A stretch of DNA of 32,000 nt, taken from Patescibacteria group bacterium (GTDB taxonomy: Bacteria; Patescibacteriota; Patescibacteriia; 2-01-FULL-39-33). The translations under genes and the position numbers were made by a program. The DNA is taken from assembly GCA_041662745.1 (NCBI GenBank), contig JBAZRV010000003.1, positions 1-32,000 on the forward strand. The letters are read 5' to 3'. The notes below the pieces were generated by a model. It did not search any database, was not told where the DNA came from, and saw only the letters and a program-made list of their open reading frames with translations. This document shows, piece by piece, positions 15,894 through 24,026 of the stretch. Each line of letters starts with the position of its first letter. Position 1 is the stretch's first letter.

Positions 15894-17834
15894 ATGAAAA
15901 AGTTTTTTTGTTTGGTTTTTTTAGTCAGCTTAGCGGCGTTTTTCCCTTTCTCCGCCAAGGCTTACGAGCGTATCACTGATTTTTCTTCCGACATCGCCGT
16001 CAATAGGGACGGAACTTTGACGGTTACCGAAACCATCAAGGCGGTAGCCGAGCACAATAAAATCAACCATGGCATTTATCGCGATTTGATTGTCAAATAC
16101 CGGGGGCCGGATAATGACCATTATTATCAAGCCGGAGTAAAGATTTTATCGGTTAAGCGAGACGGAGTGTTTGAACCTTACCATACGGAAATAACGGGAG
16201 CCGATTTAAGGATCTATATCGGCGATAGCGATAAACTGGTGCCGTTGGGCGAGCCGACCTATGAGTTGACTTACCAAGTTTCCGGTTTAATGCGTTATTC
16301 TGAAAAGGCGGATGAATTGTATTGGAATGTAACCGGCAATAACTGGGAATTTTCGATTGAGAAAGCGCACGCGCAAGTAACCCTGCCCTGGACTCAGAAA
16401 GATTACGCTACGGTTTTTTCTTATAGCAGCCTTTATACCGGCGCCAGCGGTTCTCGCGATCATGACGGTTATTTTGATGAAATCGGCGGGAAATTTTTTT
16501 ATCGGGCCAATTCCGTGTTGTATCCCGGCGAAGGGTTAACTATAGTTTTGGGCTGGCCGCAGGGACGCATTGCCAAATTATTGCCGACGCTTAAAGAGGT
16601 TGATTTTCTGACTAAGTTTTTAAATTCCCTCAACCAGCAGAGCCGTATAAATATTTTGATAACGATGTCACTTTTGGTGCTCATTTACTTTGCGGTTATC
16701 TGGCTGTGGCGAGGTCGCGGTCCGAGGCCGGGCACGATTATTCCGCAGTACGATCCGCCGGTCGGATTATCGCCCGGCGATATCGCTCATGTCGCCAGTC
16801 TGGGCTTGAATTTCAATAATACCCTGGGAGCATTAATAATCAGCTTGGCGATTAAGGGCAAGATAAAAATCACTAAAAAGAATGGTTTTTTCAGCGCGGT
16901 TAGATGGGAATTAGACCGTCTTAATGAAGAAACCGCCGGACTAAGCGAGGATGAAAAGCTGTTAGTGATTAATTTATTTAGACGGGGGGATAAGTTGAAG
17001 TTGCCGGATTCCAGCAGCAGCTTGTCAATGTTTATTCGCTGGACCTTTCGTCCGTTTTTCCATAAAAAATGGCATAAAGTCGCTTATGTCAATAATTCAG
17101 TCTGGCTGTTTCTGGGCGTGATGTTATCAATTTTACTTTTAATGTTTTTTTGGTCGTTGGGCTTCGGGCTATTGGCCTTGGCTTCTTTACCCTTCGCTTT
17201 TTTGGCAATATTTTTTATCGCTTTTGCTTCTTCTTTAGTTAGGGTTCTAGTAAAGGGCGATTTTAATTTTACCGTTGTTATTTATTTGATCGCCATAATC
17301 ATAACTTCTATAATCGCTTGGGTTGTTTTGCGTCCGTTTTTTCTTAGAATTGCGGAGTTGCCAAGTTCTTTCTGGCTTGATTTATTTTTTACCTATTGGT
17401 ATTCATTGCTGTTGCTGGCGGTTCTTGTCGTTAACTTTTTGGCTTTTAGGTTCCTGCGCCGGCCGACCCCGGAGGGGCGGAAATTATTAGATGAAATAGA
17501 AGGATTTAAGTTATTTTTAATGACAACCGAAAAAGACCGTTTGGAATTCTTTCATCCCATCAAGCAAATTCCGGAGGTGTTTGAAAAATATTTCCCCTAT
17601 GCCATCGCTCTGGGCGTAGCTGATAAGTGGGCGGCGAGGTTTGATAATCTTTTTAGGGAAACAGACGGCCAGGCCGCTTATGCTCCGATTTGGTATGGCG
17701 GATCATTATCCGGCATCGGCGGCATCGGCGGAATTTCTTCAATCGGCTCATCACTGGGTTCTTCTTTGGGATCATCCGGCGCCGGCGGCGGAGCGGGGGG
17801 CGGCGGCGGAGGCGGCGGCGGAGGAGGTTGGTAA
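15894..17834 (+). CDS. DUF2207-type membrane protein with Gly-rich C-terminus
   Basis: Signal peptide, ITDFSSDIAVNRDGTLTVTETI, HGIYRDLIVKY, several TM helices, terminal GAGGGAGGGGGGGGGGGW. Confidence 0.85.
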   Translation: MKKFFCLVFLVSLAAFFPFSAKAYERITDFSSDIAVNRDGTLTVTETIKAVAEHNKINHGIYRDLIVKYRGPDNDHYYQAGVKILSVKRDGVFEPYHTEITGADLRIYIGDSDKLVPLGEPTYELTYQVSGLMRYSEKADELYWNVTGNNWEFSIEKAHAQVTLPWTQKDYATVFSYSSLYTGASGSRDHDGYFDEIGGKFFYRANSVLYPGEGLTIVLGWPQGRIAKLLPTLKEVDFLTKFLNSLNQQSRINILITMSLLVLIYFAVIWLWRGRGPRPGTIIPQYDPPVGLSPGDIAHVASLGLNFNNTLGALIISLAIKGKIKITKKNGFFSAVRWELDRLNEETAGLSEDEKLLVINLFRRGDKLKLPDSSSSLSMFIRWTFRPFFHKKWHKVAYVNNSVWLFLGVMLSILLLMFFWSLGFGLLALASLPFAFLAIFFIAFASSLVRVLVKGDFNFTVVIYLIAIIITSIIAWVVLRPFFLRIAELPSSFWLDLFFTYWYSLLLLAVLVVNFLAFRFLRRPTPEGRKLLDEIEGFKLFLMTTEKDRLEFFHPIKQIPEVFEKYFPYAIALGVADKWAARFDNLFRETDGQAAYAPIWYGGSLSGIGGIGGISSIGSSLGSSLGSSGAGGGAGGGGGGGGGGGW

Positions 17835-17953
17835 GATGAAGACTCGCGCTAAAATCGGCAATAAGCAAGGCAACCCGGCTTATCGTACCGCCGCGACCTT
17901 CAGACACAATAAGTGTTTTGATATCGGCGCGGCTAAGGCGAAGAATTCGGCCG

Positions 17954-17994
17954 TAAAAAATAAAAACCCGTTTCGGCCGGGATGGCGAACGGGT
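17954..17994 (-). terminator. Intrinsic terminator for gene 18018-18437
   Basis: Minus strand ACCCGTT...AACGGGT followed by TTTTATTTTTT. Confidence 0.75.
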
Positions 17995-18017
17995 GATGCG
18001 AAAGAACCGAGCAATGA

Positions 18018-18437
18018 TTAGGGAGCTTGTTCCGGTTGGGGGTCAAAAAGGATAATGGCGTTTTTGCTGGATAACAGCCTGACTATTTCTTGCCAGCTTT
18101 TGCCGATTTTGCCGGCAATAAGACGGCATTTTTCTTCCAGCTGTTGCGCCGGCAAACTTATCCACCAGGCACGGTCGCTTCTGATTTTTCCTTCAGTCTC
18201 ATATTCTTGAACTGCAGCGATTTCTTGGGCTTGCCGGATGTCTGATCGGGCTTTATCAATTTTACTGATTTGATGAACGCTGAATCCGCCGCCTAACATA
18301 GACACCAAGCCAATAATAAAGCAAATTACCCCCAGTTTTATTTTTTTAGAACTTGAAAAGTAAATGGCCAGTGCGGTCAGCAAAATAAAAGATATTGTCG
18401 ATATGAAATAAATGCCGATTAAAATATTCAAAAGCAT
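18018..18437 (-). CDS. Two-TM membrane protein with soluble C-terminal region, unknown function
   Basis: 139 aa; SD AAGGAGA at 18444-18450; own promoter and terminator. Confidence 0.7.
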   Translation of the reverse strand: MLLNILIGIYFISTISFILLTALAIYFSSSKKIKLGVICFIIGLVSMLGGGFSVHQISKIDKARSDIRQAQEIAAVQEYETEGKIRSDRAWWISLPAQQLEEKCRLIAGKIGKSWQEIVRLLSSKNAIILFDPQPEQAP

Positions 18438-18496
18438 GTGTTCTCTCCTTACCTTATGAGGGCGGTTAAGCTTTTTAAAGTGCCTTGTTTAATTAA

Positions 18497-18525
18497 TTGA
18501 CAACCTTCAAATCATTATATATAAT
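18497..18525 (+). promoter_or_regulatory. Perfect consensus promoter TTGACA-17-TATAAT for uvrB
   Basis: -35 at 18497-18502, -10 at 18520-18525. Confidence 0.92.
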
Positions 18526-18542
18526 AATGGTTTATTTGTCAA
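18514..18542 (-). promoter_or_regulatory. Perfect consensus promoter TTGACA-17-TATAAT on the minus strand, interlocked with the uvrB promoter
   Basis: -10 at 18514-18519 (plus ATTATA), -35 at 18537-18542 (plus TGTCAA). Confidence 0.88.
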
Positions 18543-18546
18543 GAGT

Positions 18547-20388
18547 ATGCCTAAAACACTATTTCAACTAAAATCCAAATATTCTCCGGCGGGCGATCAG
18601 CCGCAGGCGATTAAAAAAATTACAGCCGGCTTGAATCAAGGCCGGGATTTTCAGACGCTTTTGGGTATTACCGGTTCGGGCAAGACCTTTACCGTGGCCA
18701 ATGTTATCGCCCAACAGAATAAGCCGGTTTTGGTGATGGCTCCCAACAAAGCTTTGGCGGCCCAGCTTTATCGCGAATACAAAAATTATTTTCCGCATAA
18801 TTCGGTTAATTTTTTCGTTTCCTATTATGATTATTATCAGCCGGAAGCCTATTTGCCCAATACTGATACTTATATTGAAAAGGAAGCCATGATTAACCAA
18901 GAGATAGACCGTTTGCGCCATCAGGCCACTTCGGCTTTATTGTCGCGACGCGATGTGATTATCGTGGCTTCGGTTTCTTGCATTTATAATTTGGGCGTGC
19001 CCGTCAGTTATCTGGAATCGGCTTTGCATCTGGCTATTGGCCAGCCGTTGGTGCGCGCCGATTTTATCCGCCAATTGGTACGCATGCATTTTGAGCGCAG
19101 CCAGGGGGAATTAAAACGGGGGCTGTTTCGTGTCCGGGGCGAGGTGTTTGAAATCATGGCCGCTTCGGAGAATGTCGTTTATCGCATAGAATTGGGGGAT
19201 CAGCAAGTCAAGGAAATCCAGTTAGTTGACCCCTTAACGCGCAAGATAATTGAAGAGCTTAAGGAGATTGTGATTTTTCCGCCCAAGCATTTTGTGTCTA
19301 CCGAACCCCAAATAGACACGGCCATCAAGGATATTAAGTTAGAGCTTAAGGATCGCTTAAAGTATTTTAACAAAAAGAATTTATATTTGGAGGCGGAACG
19401 GTTGGAGCGCCGCACTCGTTACGATATGGAGATGCTCAAGTCAGTGGGTTACTGCCATGGCATTGAGAATTATTCCCGCCATCTGGCCGGCAAGTTGCCC
19501 GGTGAACCGCCGGACAGCCTGTTGGCTTATTTCCCGCTTAAAGACGGTAAACCGGATTATTTGCTGATTATGGATGAATCGCATATCGGCTTGCCCCAGG
19601 TCAGGGGAATGTATGAGGGCGATCGGGCCAGAAAGAACACCTTAGTGGAATTCGGCTGGCGTTTGCCTTCGGCATTGGATAACCGGCCGCTCAAGTTTGA
19701 TGAGTTTTTGCAACGGATCGGCCAGACGGTTTTCACCTCGGCTACGCCGGGTGATTGGGAGATTAAGCATTCCAAGCAATTGATTGAGCAGGTTATCCGA
19801 CCGACCGGTTTGGTGGATCCGCCGATTGAGATTAGGCCGGTGTTTGATAAGAAGAGAAATTACAGCCAGATTGATGATGTTATTGCCGAGTCAATAAAAA
19901 TTACGGCCAAAGGCGAAAGAAGCATCATCAATACCTTGACTAAAAAGCAGGCTGAGGACCTGAACAATTTTCTTGTTCAGCAGGGTATTAAGTCTAATTA
20001 CCTGCATAGCGATATTAAGACTGTGGCTCGTACCGAAATTTTGACCGCTTTCCGGCGGGGCGAATTTGATGTCTTAATCGGCGTCAACCTGCTGCGCGAA
20101 GGCCTGGATTTGCCCGAGGTATCTTTTGTGGCTATTTTGGATGCTGATCGCGAAGGATTCCTGAGATCGGAAACCTCGCTGATTCAAACCATGGGTCGAG
20201 CCGCCAGGAATGTCTCCGGCAAAGTCATCCTTTACGCCGATAACATCACCGGCTCCATTAAGCGGGCGGCCAGCGAAGTGGAACGCCGGCGGGTCAAACA
20301 ACTGGCCTATAATAAAAAGCACGGTATCATTGCTGAGACCGTGCGAAAGGACATTGAAGAATTTTTGGATTTTACGGCAGTGGATTAG
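18547..20388 (+). CDS. uvrB: Excinuclease ABC subunit B
   Basis: 613 aa; SPAGDQPQAI, LLGITGSGKTFTVA, NFFVSYYDYYQPEAY, DESHIGLPQ, GLDLPEVSFVAILDADREGFLR. Confidence 0.98.
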   Translation: MPKTLFQLKSKYSPAGDQPQAIKKITAGLNQGRDFQTLLGITGSGKTFTVANVIAQQNKPVLVMAPNKALAAQLYREYKNYFPHNSVNFFVSYYDYYQPEAYLPNTDTYIEKEAMINQEIDRLRHQATSALLSRRDVIIVASVSCIYNLGVPVSYLESALHLAIGQPLVRADFIRQLVRMHFERSQGELKRGLFRVRGEVFEIMAASENVVYRIELGDQQVKEIQLVDPLTRKIIEELKEIVIFPPKHFVSTEPQIDTAIKDIKLELKDRLKYFNKKNLYLEAERLERRTRYDMEMLKSVGYCHGIENYSRHLAGKLPGEPPDSLLAYFPLKDGKPDYLLIMDESHIGLPQVRGMYEGDRARKNTLVEFGWRLPSALDNRPLKFDEFLQRIGQTVFTSATPGDWEIKHSKQLIEQVIRPTGLVDPPIEIRPVFDKKRNYSQIDDVIAESIKITAKGERSIINTLTKKQAEDLNNFLVQQGIKSNYLHSDIKTVARTEILTAFRRGEFDVLIGVNLLREGLDLPEVSFVAILDADREGFLRSETSLIQTMGRAARNVSGKVILYADNITGSIKRAASEVERRRVKQLAYNKKHGIIAETVRKDIEEFLDFTAVD

Positions 20389-20399
20389 TTTCGCTAATA

Positions 20400-20630
20400 T
20401 CAGGAAACAGCTGCCAGCGGCTGATGATAGATGGCTATTGAATCGGCGTTGCGAGATTTGTGCATGCAGGCGTTCCTTAATTCTTGATTTTCTTCACCGT
20501 AAGACTTGTCTATTGCTGTTTGGATTTGATCGATGTCAAATACGCTGATACCGACGGTTTTTTGAACCACTGCCAATTTATTGCCATTTCTCCAGCTTTC
20601 GGCCACCCAAGTTAATAAGAAACGTTGCAT
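20400..20630 (-). CDS. Small orphan protein (76 aa)
   Basis: SD AAAAAGGAG at 20640-20648; directly downstream of the 20650-20847 ORF. Confidence 0.6.
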   Translation of the reverse strand: MQRFLLTWVAESWRNGNKLAVVQKTVGISVFDIDQIQTAIDKSYGEENQELRNACMHKSRNADSIAIYHQPLAAVS

Positions 20631-20649
20631 TGTTGTTTTCTCCTTTTTG

Positions 20650-20847
20650 TTAGAGACTTAAACCCATGCCCCCTTGCCGTTGCAGTTTGCGTTTTTTTCT
20701 ATCGCCCTTAGCGCCTATCTTTTCAAAATTATCCATAGGACTGATACGCTGATTACTTCCTTGATCAAATGAAAGGAAAAATTCGCAATATTTAAATACA
20801 AGTTTTATTGTTCTCCTCCTATTCTTCTTCTTGTTTTTCTTAGCCAT
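20650..20847 (-). CDS. Small, strongly basic orphan protein (65 aa)
   Basis: MAKKNKKKNRRRTIKLVFKY...; SD AAGGAG at 20855-20860, 7-nt spacer; perfect promoter upstream. Confidence 0.65.
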   Translation of the reverse strand: MAKKNKKKNRRRTIKLVFKYCEFFLSFDQGSNQRISPMDNFEKIGAKGDRKKRKLQRQGGMGLSL

Positions 20848-20891
20848 GGCTGTACTCCTTTTTGTTAAAGTGCGCTTTAATCTAATATCTC

Positions 20892-20920
20892 ATTATATTG
20901 AATAACAAATAAAATGTCAA
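20892..20920 (-). promoter_or_regulatory. Perfect consensus promoter TTGACA-17-TATAAT for the two small ORFs
   Basis: Minus strand: -35 at 20915-20920, -10 at 20892-20897; the -35 overlaps the ATG (20914-20916) of the dus-family gene. Confidence 0.88.
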
Positions 20921-21906
20921 TAAATAATAAAAAAGCCAATTTTTGGTTAAAATTAAAAAAACCGATTTTAGCCTTGGCGCCAATGGCGGGCGTGACCGAT
21001 TCGGCTTTTCGGCAAATTTGCCGGCAGTACGGAGCGGACGTGGTATATACGGAAATGGTTTCGGCCGATGGCCTGTACTATGACTCCAAGAAAACTCTGG
21101 CCATGCTTAAATTTTCTAAGCAGGAAAAACCGGTGGTTATACAGTTATTCGGCAAATACCCGGAAAGGTTTACTAAGGCAGCTAAGGTTGTTCAGGCCGC
21201 CGGTTTTGACGGCATTGATATTAATTTCGGTTGTCCGGCCAGGAAAGTCGCCGGCCATGGCGGGGGAGTAACTTTGATGCGCGATTTGGATAAGTGCCGG
21301 CAGATTGTGGAGAATGTTTTGGCCGGCACGACATTGCCCGTGTCGGTAAAGTTAAGGTCGTCAATCAGCAAAGACGGCGGTAAAGTGACGGCTTGGGATT
21401 TTTTGCAAGCCATGAAGGATTTGCCTTTGGCTGCCGTAGTGATTCATGGCCGGCCGTATGAAGATCCTTTTGCCGCTAAGCTTGATTATGAAATGATCAA
21501 AAAGTGCGTTCAGCTATTTAAGAAGCAAAATCGCCAAGGCGTTGTTTTGGGCAATGGCGGGATTAACGCTCCTTCAGATGCCAAAAGAATGATAGAGTTG
21601 ACCGGCGCGGCCGGGGTGGGTTTGGCGCGGGGATTATACGGCCGACCCTGGCTGTTTGGGCAAGTCAGGCGTTATTTGAAAACAGGGAAGTACTCGGAAT
21701 TAACCGTTAGGCAGGTTAATAAAGCAATATTGCAACATGCCCGCCTGGCTTTTAAAGCTAAGGATCGCCAAGGCATTATAGAATTAAGAAAACACCTGGC
21801 CTGGTATGTGTCCGGACGGCCTCAGGCTAAAGAGTTACGGGCTAAATTGGTGCGGGTGGAGAGCTTGAAAGAACTCAGGCAAATATTAAAGCAATCAGCC
21901 GGCTGA
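20914..21906 (+). CDS. dusB: tRNA-dihydrouridine synthase, DusB-like
   Basis: PILALAPMAGVTDSAFRQICRQYGAD, QLFGKYPERF, DINFGCPARKVAGHGGG, VIHGRPYEDPF, VVLGNGGI, GVGLARGLYGRPWLF. Confidence 0.93.
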   Translation: MSINNKKANFWLKLKKPILALAPMAGVTDSAFRQICRQYGADVVYTEMVSADGLYYDSKKTLAMLKFSKQEKPVVIQLFGKYPERFTKAAKVVQAAGFDGIDINFGCPARKVAGHGGGVTLMRDLDKCRQIVENVLAGTTLPVSVKLRSSISKDGGKVTAWDFLQAMKDLPLAAVVIHGRPYEDPFAAKLDYEMIKKCVQLFKKQNRQGVVLGNGGINAPSDAKRMIELTGAAGVGLARGLYGRPWLFGQVRRYLKTGKYSELTVRQVNKAILQHARLAFKAKDRQGIIELRKHLAWYVSGRPQAKELRAKLVRVESLKELRQILKQSAG

Positions 21907-21957
21907 CGGGGTTTGTCCTAATTAAATCATGATTCTAATTTAAAAAAAATCATAAGA

Positions 21958-21985
21958 AAAAGGCGCCTCGTTCGGGGCGTCTTGC
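21958..21985 (-). terminator. Intrinsic terminator for gene 21987-22346
   Basis: Minus strand AAGACGCCCCGAACGAGGCGCCTTTTTC. Confidence 0.75.
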
Positions 21986-21986
21986 T

Positions 21987-22346
21987 TTATTTTCCGGTTG
22001 ATTTTTTCGGCGCGCTTTGGGGTTTGCGCTTCTTTGGCGTTGCCCCCGTTGTTTTTTCGGGCGGTGTTTCTTCAATGGTAATGCCCAGGGCAGCGGCTTG
22101 CTGGCGCAAATAGGTTTCGGGCAGACCGTTCTTCGTCCCCTTAATAACCAGGCATCGCCGTCTCTCAAGATTACCCCAGGTTGGGACAATCCGTTTGACC
22201 TCATAGCGTCCGGCCGGCAAAGTCACTCTGTGATCGTAAATGCCTGATCGGTTGCGCTGGTGAAAGCTATTCTCGTAGGCTTCTTGGGAATAACTTATAA
22301 CTGTTAGCGGTTTGGAACAAATCAGGAAAGTTCTCTTTTTCGGCAT
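21987..22346 (-). CDS. Small protein of unknown function with Lys/Pro-rich C-terminal tail
   Basis: 119 aa; SD AAGGAG at 22355-22360; own promoter and terminator. Confidence 0.7.
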   Translation of the reverse strand: MPKKRTFLICSKPLTVISYSQEAYENSFHQRNRSGIYDHRVTLPAGRYEVKRIVPTWGNLERRRCLVIKGTKNGLPETYLRQQAAALGITIEETPPEKTTGATPKKRKPQSAPKKSTGK

Positions 22347-22381
22347 GGCATCAGCTCCTTGGTCGGGTTTATAGACAGTGC

Positions 22382-22408
22382 GATTATTAAACTAAATATT
22401 TAATAATC
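22382..22408. promoter_or_regulatory. Operator-like perfect dyad GATTATTAAA-CTAAATA-TTTAATAATC at the predicted start site of gene 21987-22346
   Basis: 10-bp perfect inverted repeat, 7-nt spacer, immediately downstream of the -10 box. Confidence 0.6.
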
Positions 22409-22409
22409 C

Positions 22410-22438
22410 ATTGTAGCAAATCATTGTTATTTTGTCAA
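22410..22438 (-). promoter_or_regulatory. Promoter TTGACA-17-TACAAT
   Basis: Minus strand: -35 at 22433-22438, -10 at 22410-22415. Confidence 0.85.
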
Positions 22439-23376
22439 ATCCAGCGTTTTTTCTTGAAGTAAAAGAAAAGGCAAACAGCTCCCACTACCATAATAAAGAT
22501 TATTATCCAAAAACCGCGGGGATTGCCAACGAACGGCATGCCGCCAACCGTGTTCATGCCGAAAATCGCCGCTAAAAGAGTCAAAGGAAAGACGATGACA
22601 GAGAATACGGTCAGAGTGCGCATAATATCATTGAGTTTGAAGGAAATTAAAGAAGAATTTGTGTCTTCCAGGGCTTCAATCATTTCTTTTTGTTCGTTCA
22701 AGATATCCCAGATATTCTTAGTGTGTTCTATCAGGTCGTTATAAAATGTTTTCATTTCGCTGGAATCCAGATACCAAACGCTGGCGCGGCTTAGTTTTTG
22801 GATGACGCCCTTATGCGCCTCCATGATTTTACGGAAGTTCAGGATGTTTCTTTTGGTCAATAATATTTCCCGCACCATTTCACGTTCTCGGCCGTCAAAA
22901 ATGTTTTTTTCAATGCCCTGGATATCAATGCTCATATGGTCCATGATCGGGTAGCAGTATTCCTGCAGGCGGACGATAATCTCGTACAGGAGCATCATAT
23001 TGTTGCCGGACAGGTATTGTTCGCGGTAGAATTTATCGCTGAGGCAGAGATTGAATAATTCAACCAGGGGCGGCAGGTTGTTTTTGTGGCAAGTGATCAG
23101 GAAATGATCGCCAATGAAAAAATCCACCTCTTCAGCGTCAACCGTGCGGGTTTTTCTGTTGTAAACGGGGAATTGCAGGATGAGGAAACAATAATTGTTT
23201 CGAACATAGAATTTCGGACGCTGGGTCAGGTTTTTGGAATAAGAATCGCGCAAATCCAGTTCGTTGAATTTGTATTTTTTGCGCAAATAATTTATTTCCT
23301 CTTTTTGAGCATCGACTATGTTGGTCCAATTGAATTTGCCAACGTTTGATTTTAGGGTATTGATGTTTAATGACAT
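22435..23376 (-). CDS. corA: CorA-family magnesium/divalent cation transporter
   Basis: Two C-terminal TMs with the signature FGMNTVGG; IIVRLQEYCYPIMDHM; EQKEMIEALEDTNSSLIS. Confidence 0.93.
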   Translation of the reverse strand: MSLNINTLKSNVGKFNWTNIVDAQKEEINYLRKKYKFNELDLRDSYSKNLTQRPKFYVRNNYCFLILQFPVYNRKTRTVDAEEVDFFIGDHFLITCHKNNLPPLVELFNLCLSDKFYREQYLSGNNMMLLYEIIVRLQEYCYPIMDHMSIDIQGIEKNIFDGREREMVREILLTKRNILNFRKIMEAHKGVIQKLSRASVWYLDSSEMKTFYNDLIEHTKNIWDILNEQKEMIEALEDTNSSLISFKLNDIMRTLTVFSVIVFPLTLLAAIFGMNTVGGMPFVGNPRGFWIIIFIMVVGAVCLFFYFKKKRWI

Positions 23377-23394
23377 AGCATGGGGTTCAATTTA

Positions 23395-23438
23395 ATTATA
23401 GCATAGATTTATAAATTAGTGTATAATAGTGGTATAAT
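23395..23438. promoter_or_regulatory. Divergent extended -10 elements between corA and gene 23477
   Basis: Minus strand TGCTATAAT (23395-23403); plus strand TATAAT (23422-23427) and TGGTATAAT (23430-23438). Confidence 0.55.
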
Positions 23439-23476
23439 ATAAACGAGGAAAGCGGTTAATTATTATTTTTCTGATT

Positions 23477-23998
23477 ATGCCCTTAGATCAAAAAGAATTG
23501 TCAGTTGCCGGCCAAGAAAGAAAAGACGCCTTGCCCGGCGCAACAACGGAAAGCGGGTTGGAATTTGAACCGGCGCCGGAACCGGCGCCGTCAGAGTTCG
23601 GTTGGAAAGAGCGGGGCGGCCGATTGAAAGAGCAAGGCGAGCTGATTGCCGGTGGAGAAGCGCCGGCCGCGCCAACGGCAACACCGGCTAATGCCGAAGC
23701 CCTGAAAACCTATAAGCAGATTGAGGGTATTTTGGAAGAAGATTTGGGTGAAATCTATAACAATCTGTCTCCCAAGGATCAGCAGGTGTTTAAGATTAAG
23801 GGTGAAGAGGCGGCGCGATCAATTTTTAAGGTTGTCTACCATCAAGCCAAGATCAAAGTCAAAAAAATCATTCATTTGATTAAAAAGTGGCTAAGAACGG
23901 TTCCCGGAATCAATCGTTATTTTTTGGAGCAGGAAGCCAAGATCAAGGCCGATAAAATTGTGGCTTTAGCCAGAAATGACAAGAAAATAGAATTTTAG
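23477..23998 (+). CDS. Hypothetical protein: acidic/Pro-Ala-rich N-terminus, basic helical C-terminus
   Basis: Ends 28 nt upstream of the VirD4-like gene; FEPAPEPAPSEF, IKVKKIIHLIKKWLRTVPG. Confidence 0.7.
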   Translation: MPLDQKELSVAGQERKDALPGATTESGLEFEPAPEPAPSEFGWKERGGRLKEQGELIAGGEAPAAPTATPANAEALKTYKQIEGILEEDLGEIYNNLSPKDQQVFKIKGEEAARSIFKVVYHQAKIKVKKIIHLIKKWLRTVPGINRYFLEQEAKIKADKIVALARNDKKIEF

Positions 23999-24026
23999 CC
24001 GATTATTTATTGACCATTGTAATTTT

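Noticed and set aside
17740-17834. GGC/GGA-rich tract as a repeat element
   Set aside because: It encodes the Gly-rich C-terminus typical of DUF2207 proteins, ending in GGW.
23569-23592. Duplicated GAACCGGCGCCG unit
   Set aside because: Simple coding repeat for EPAPEPAP in a low-complexity protein segment.
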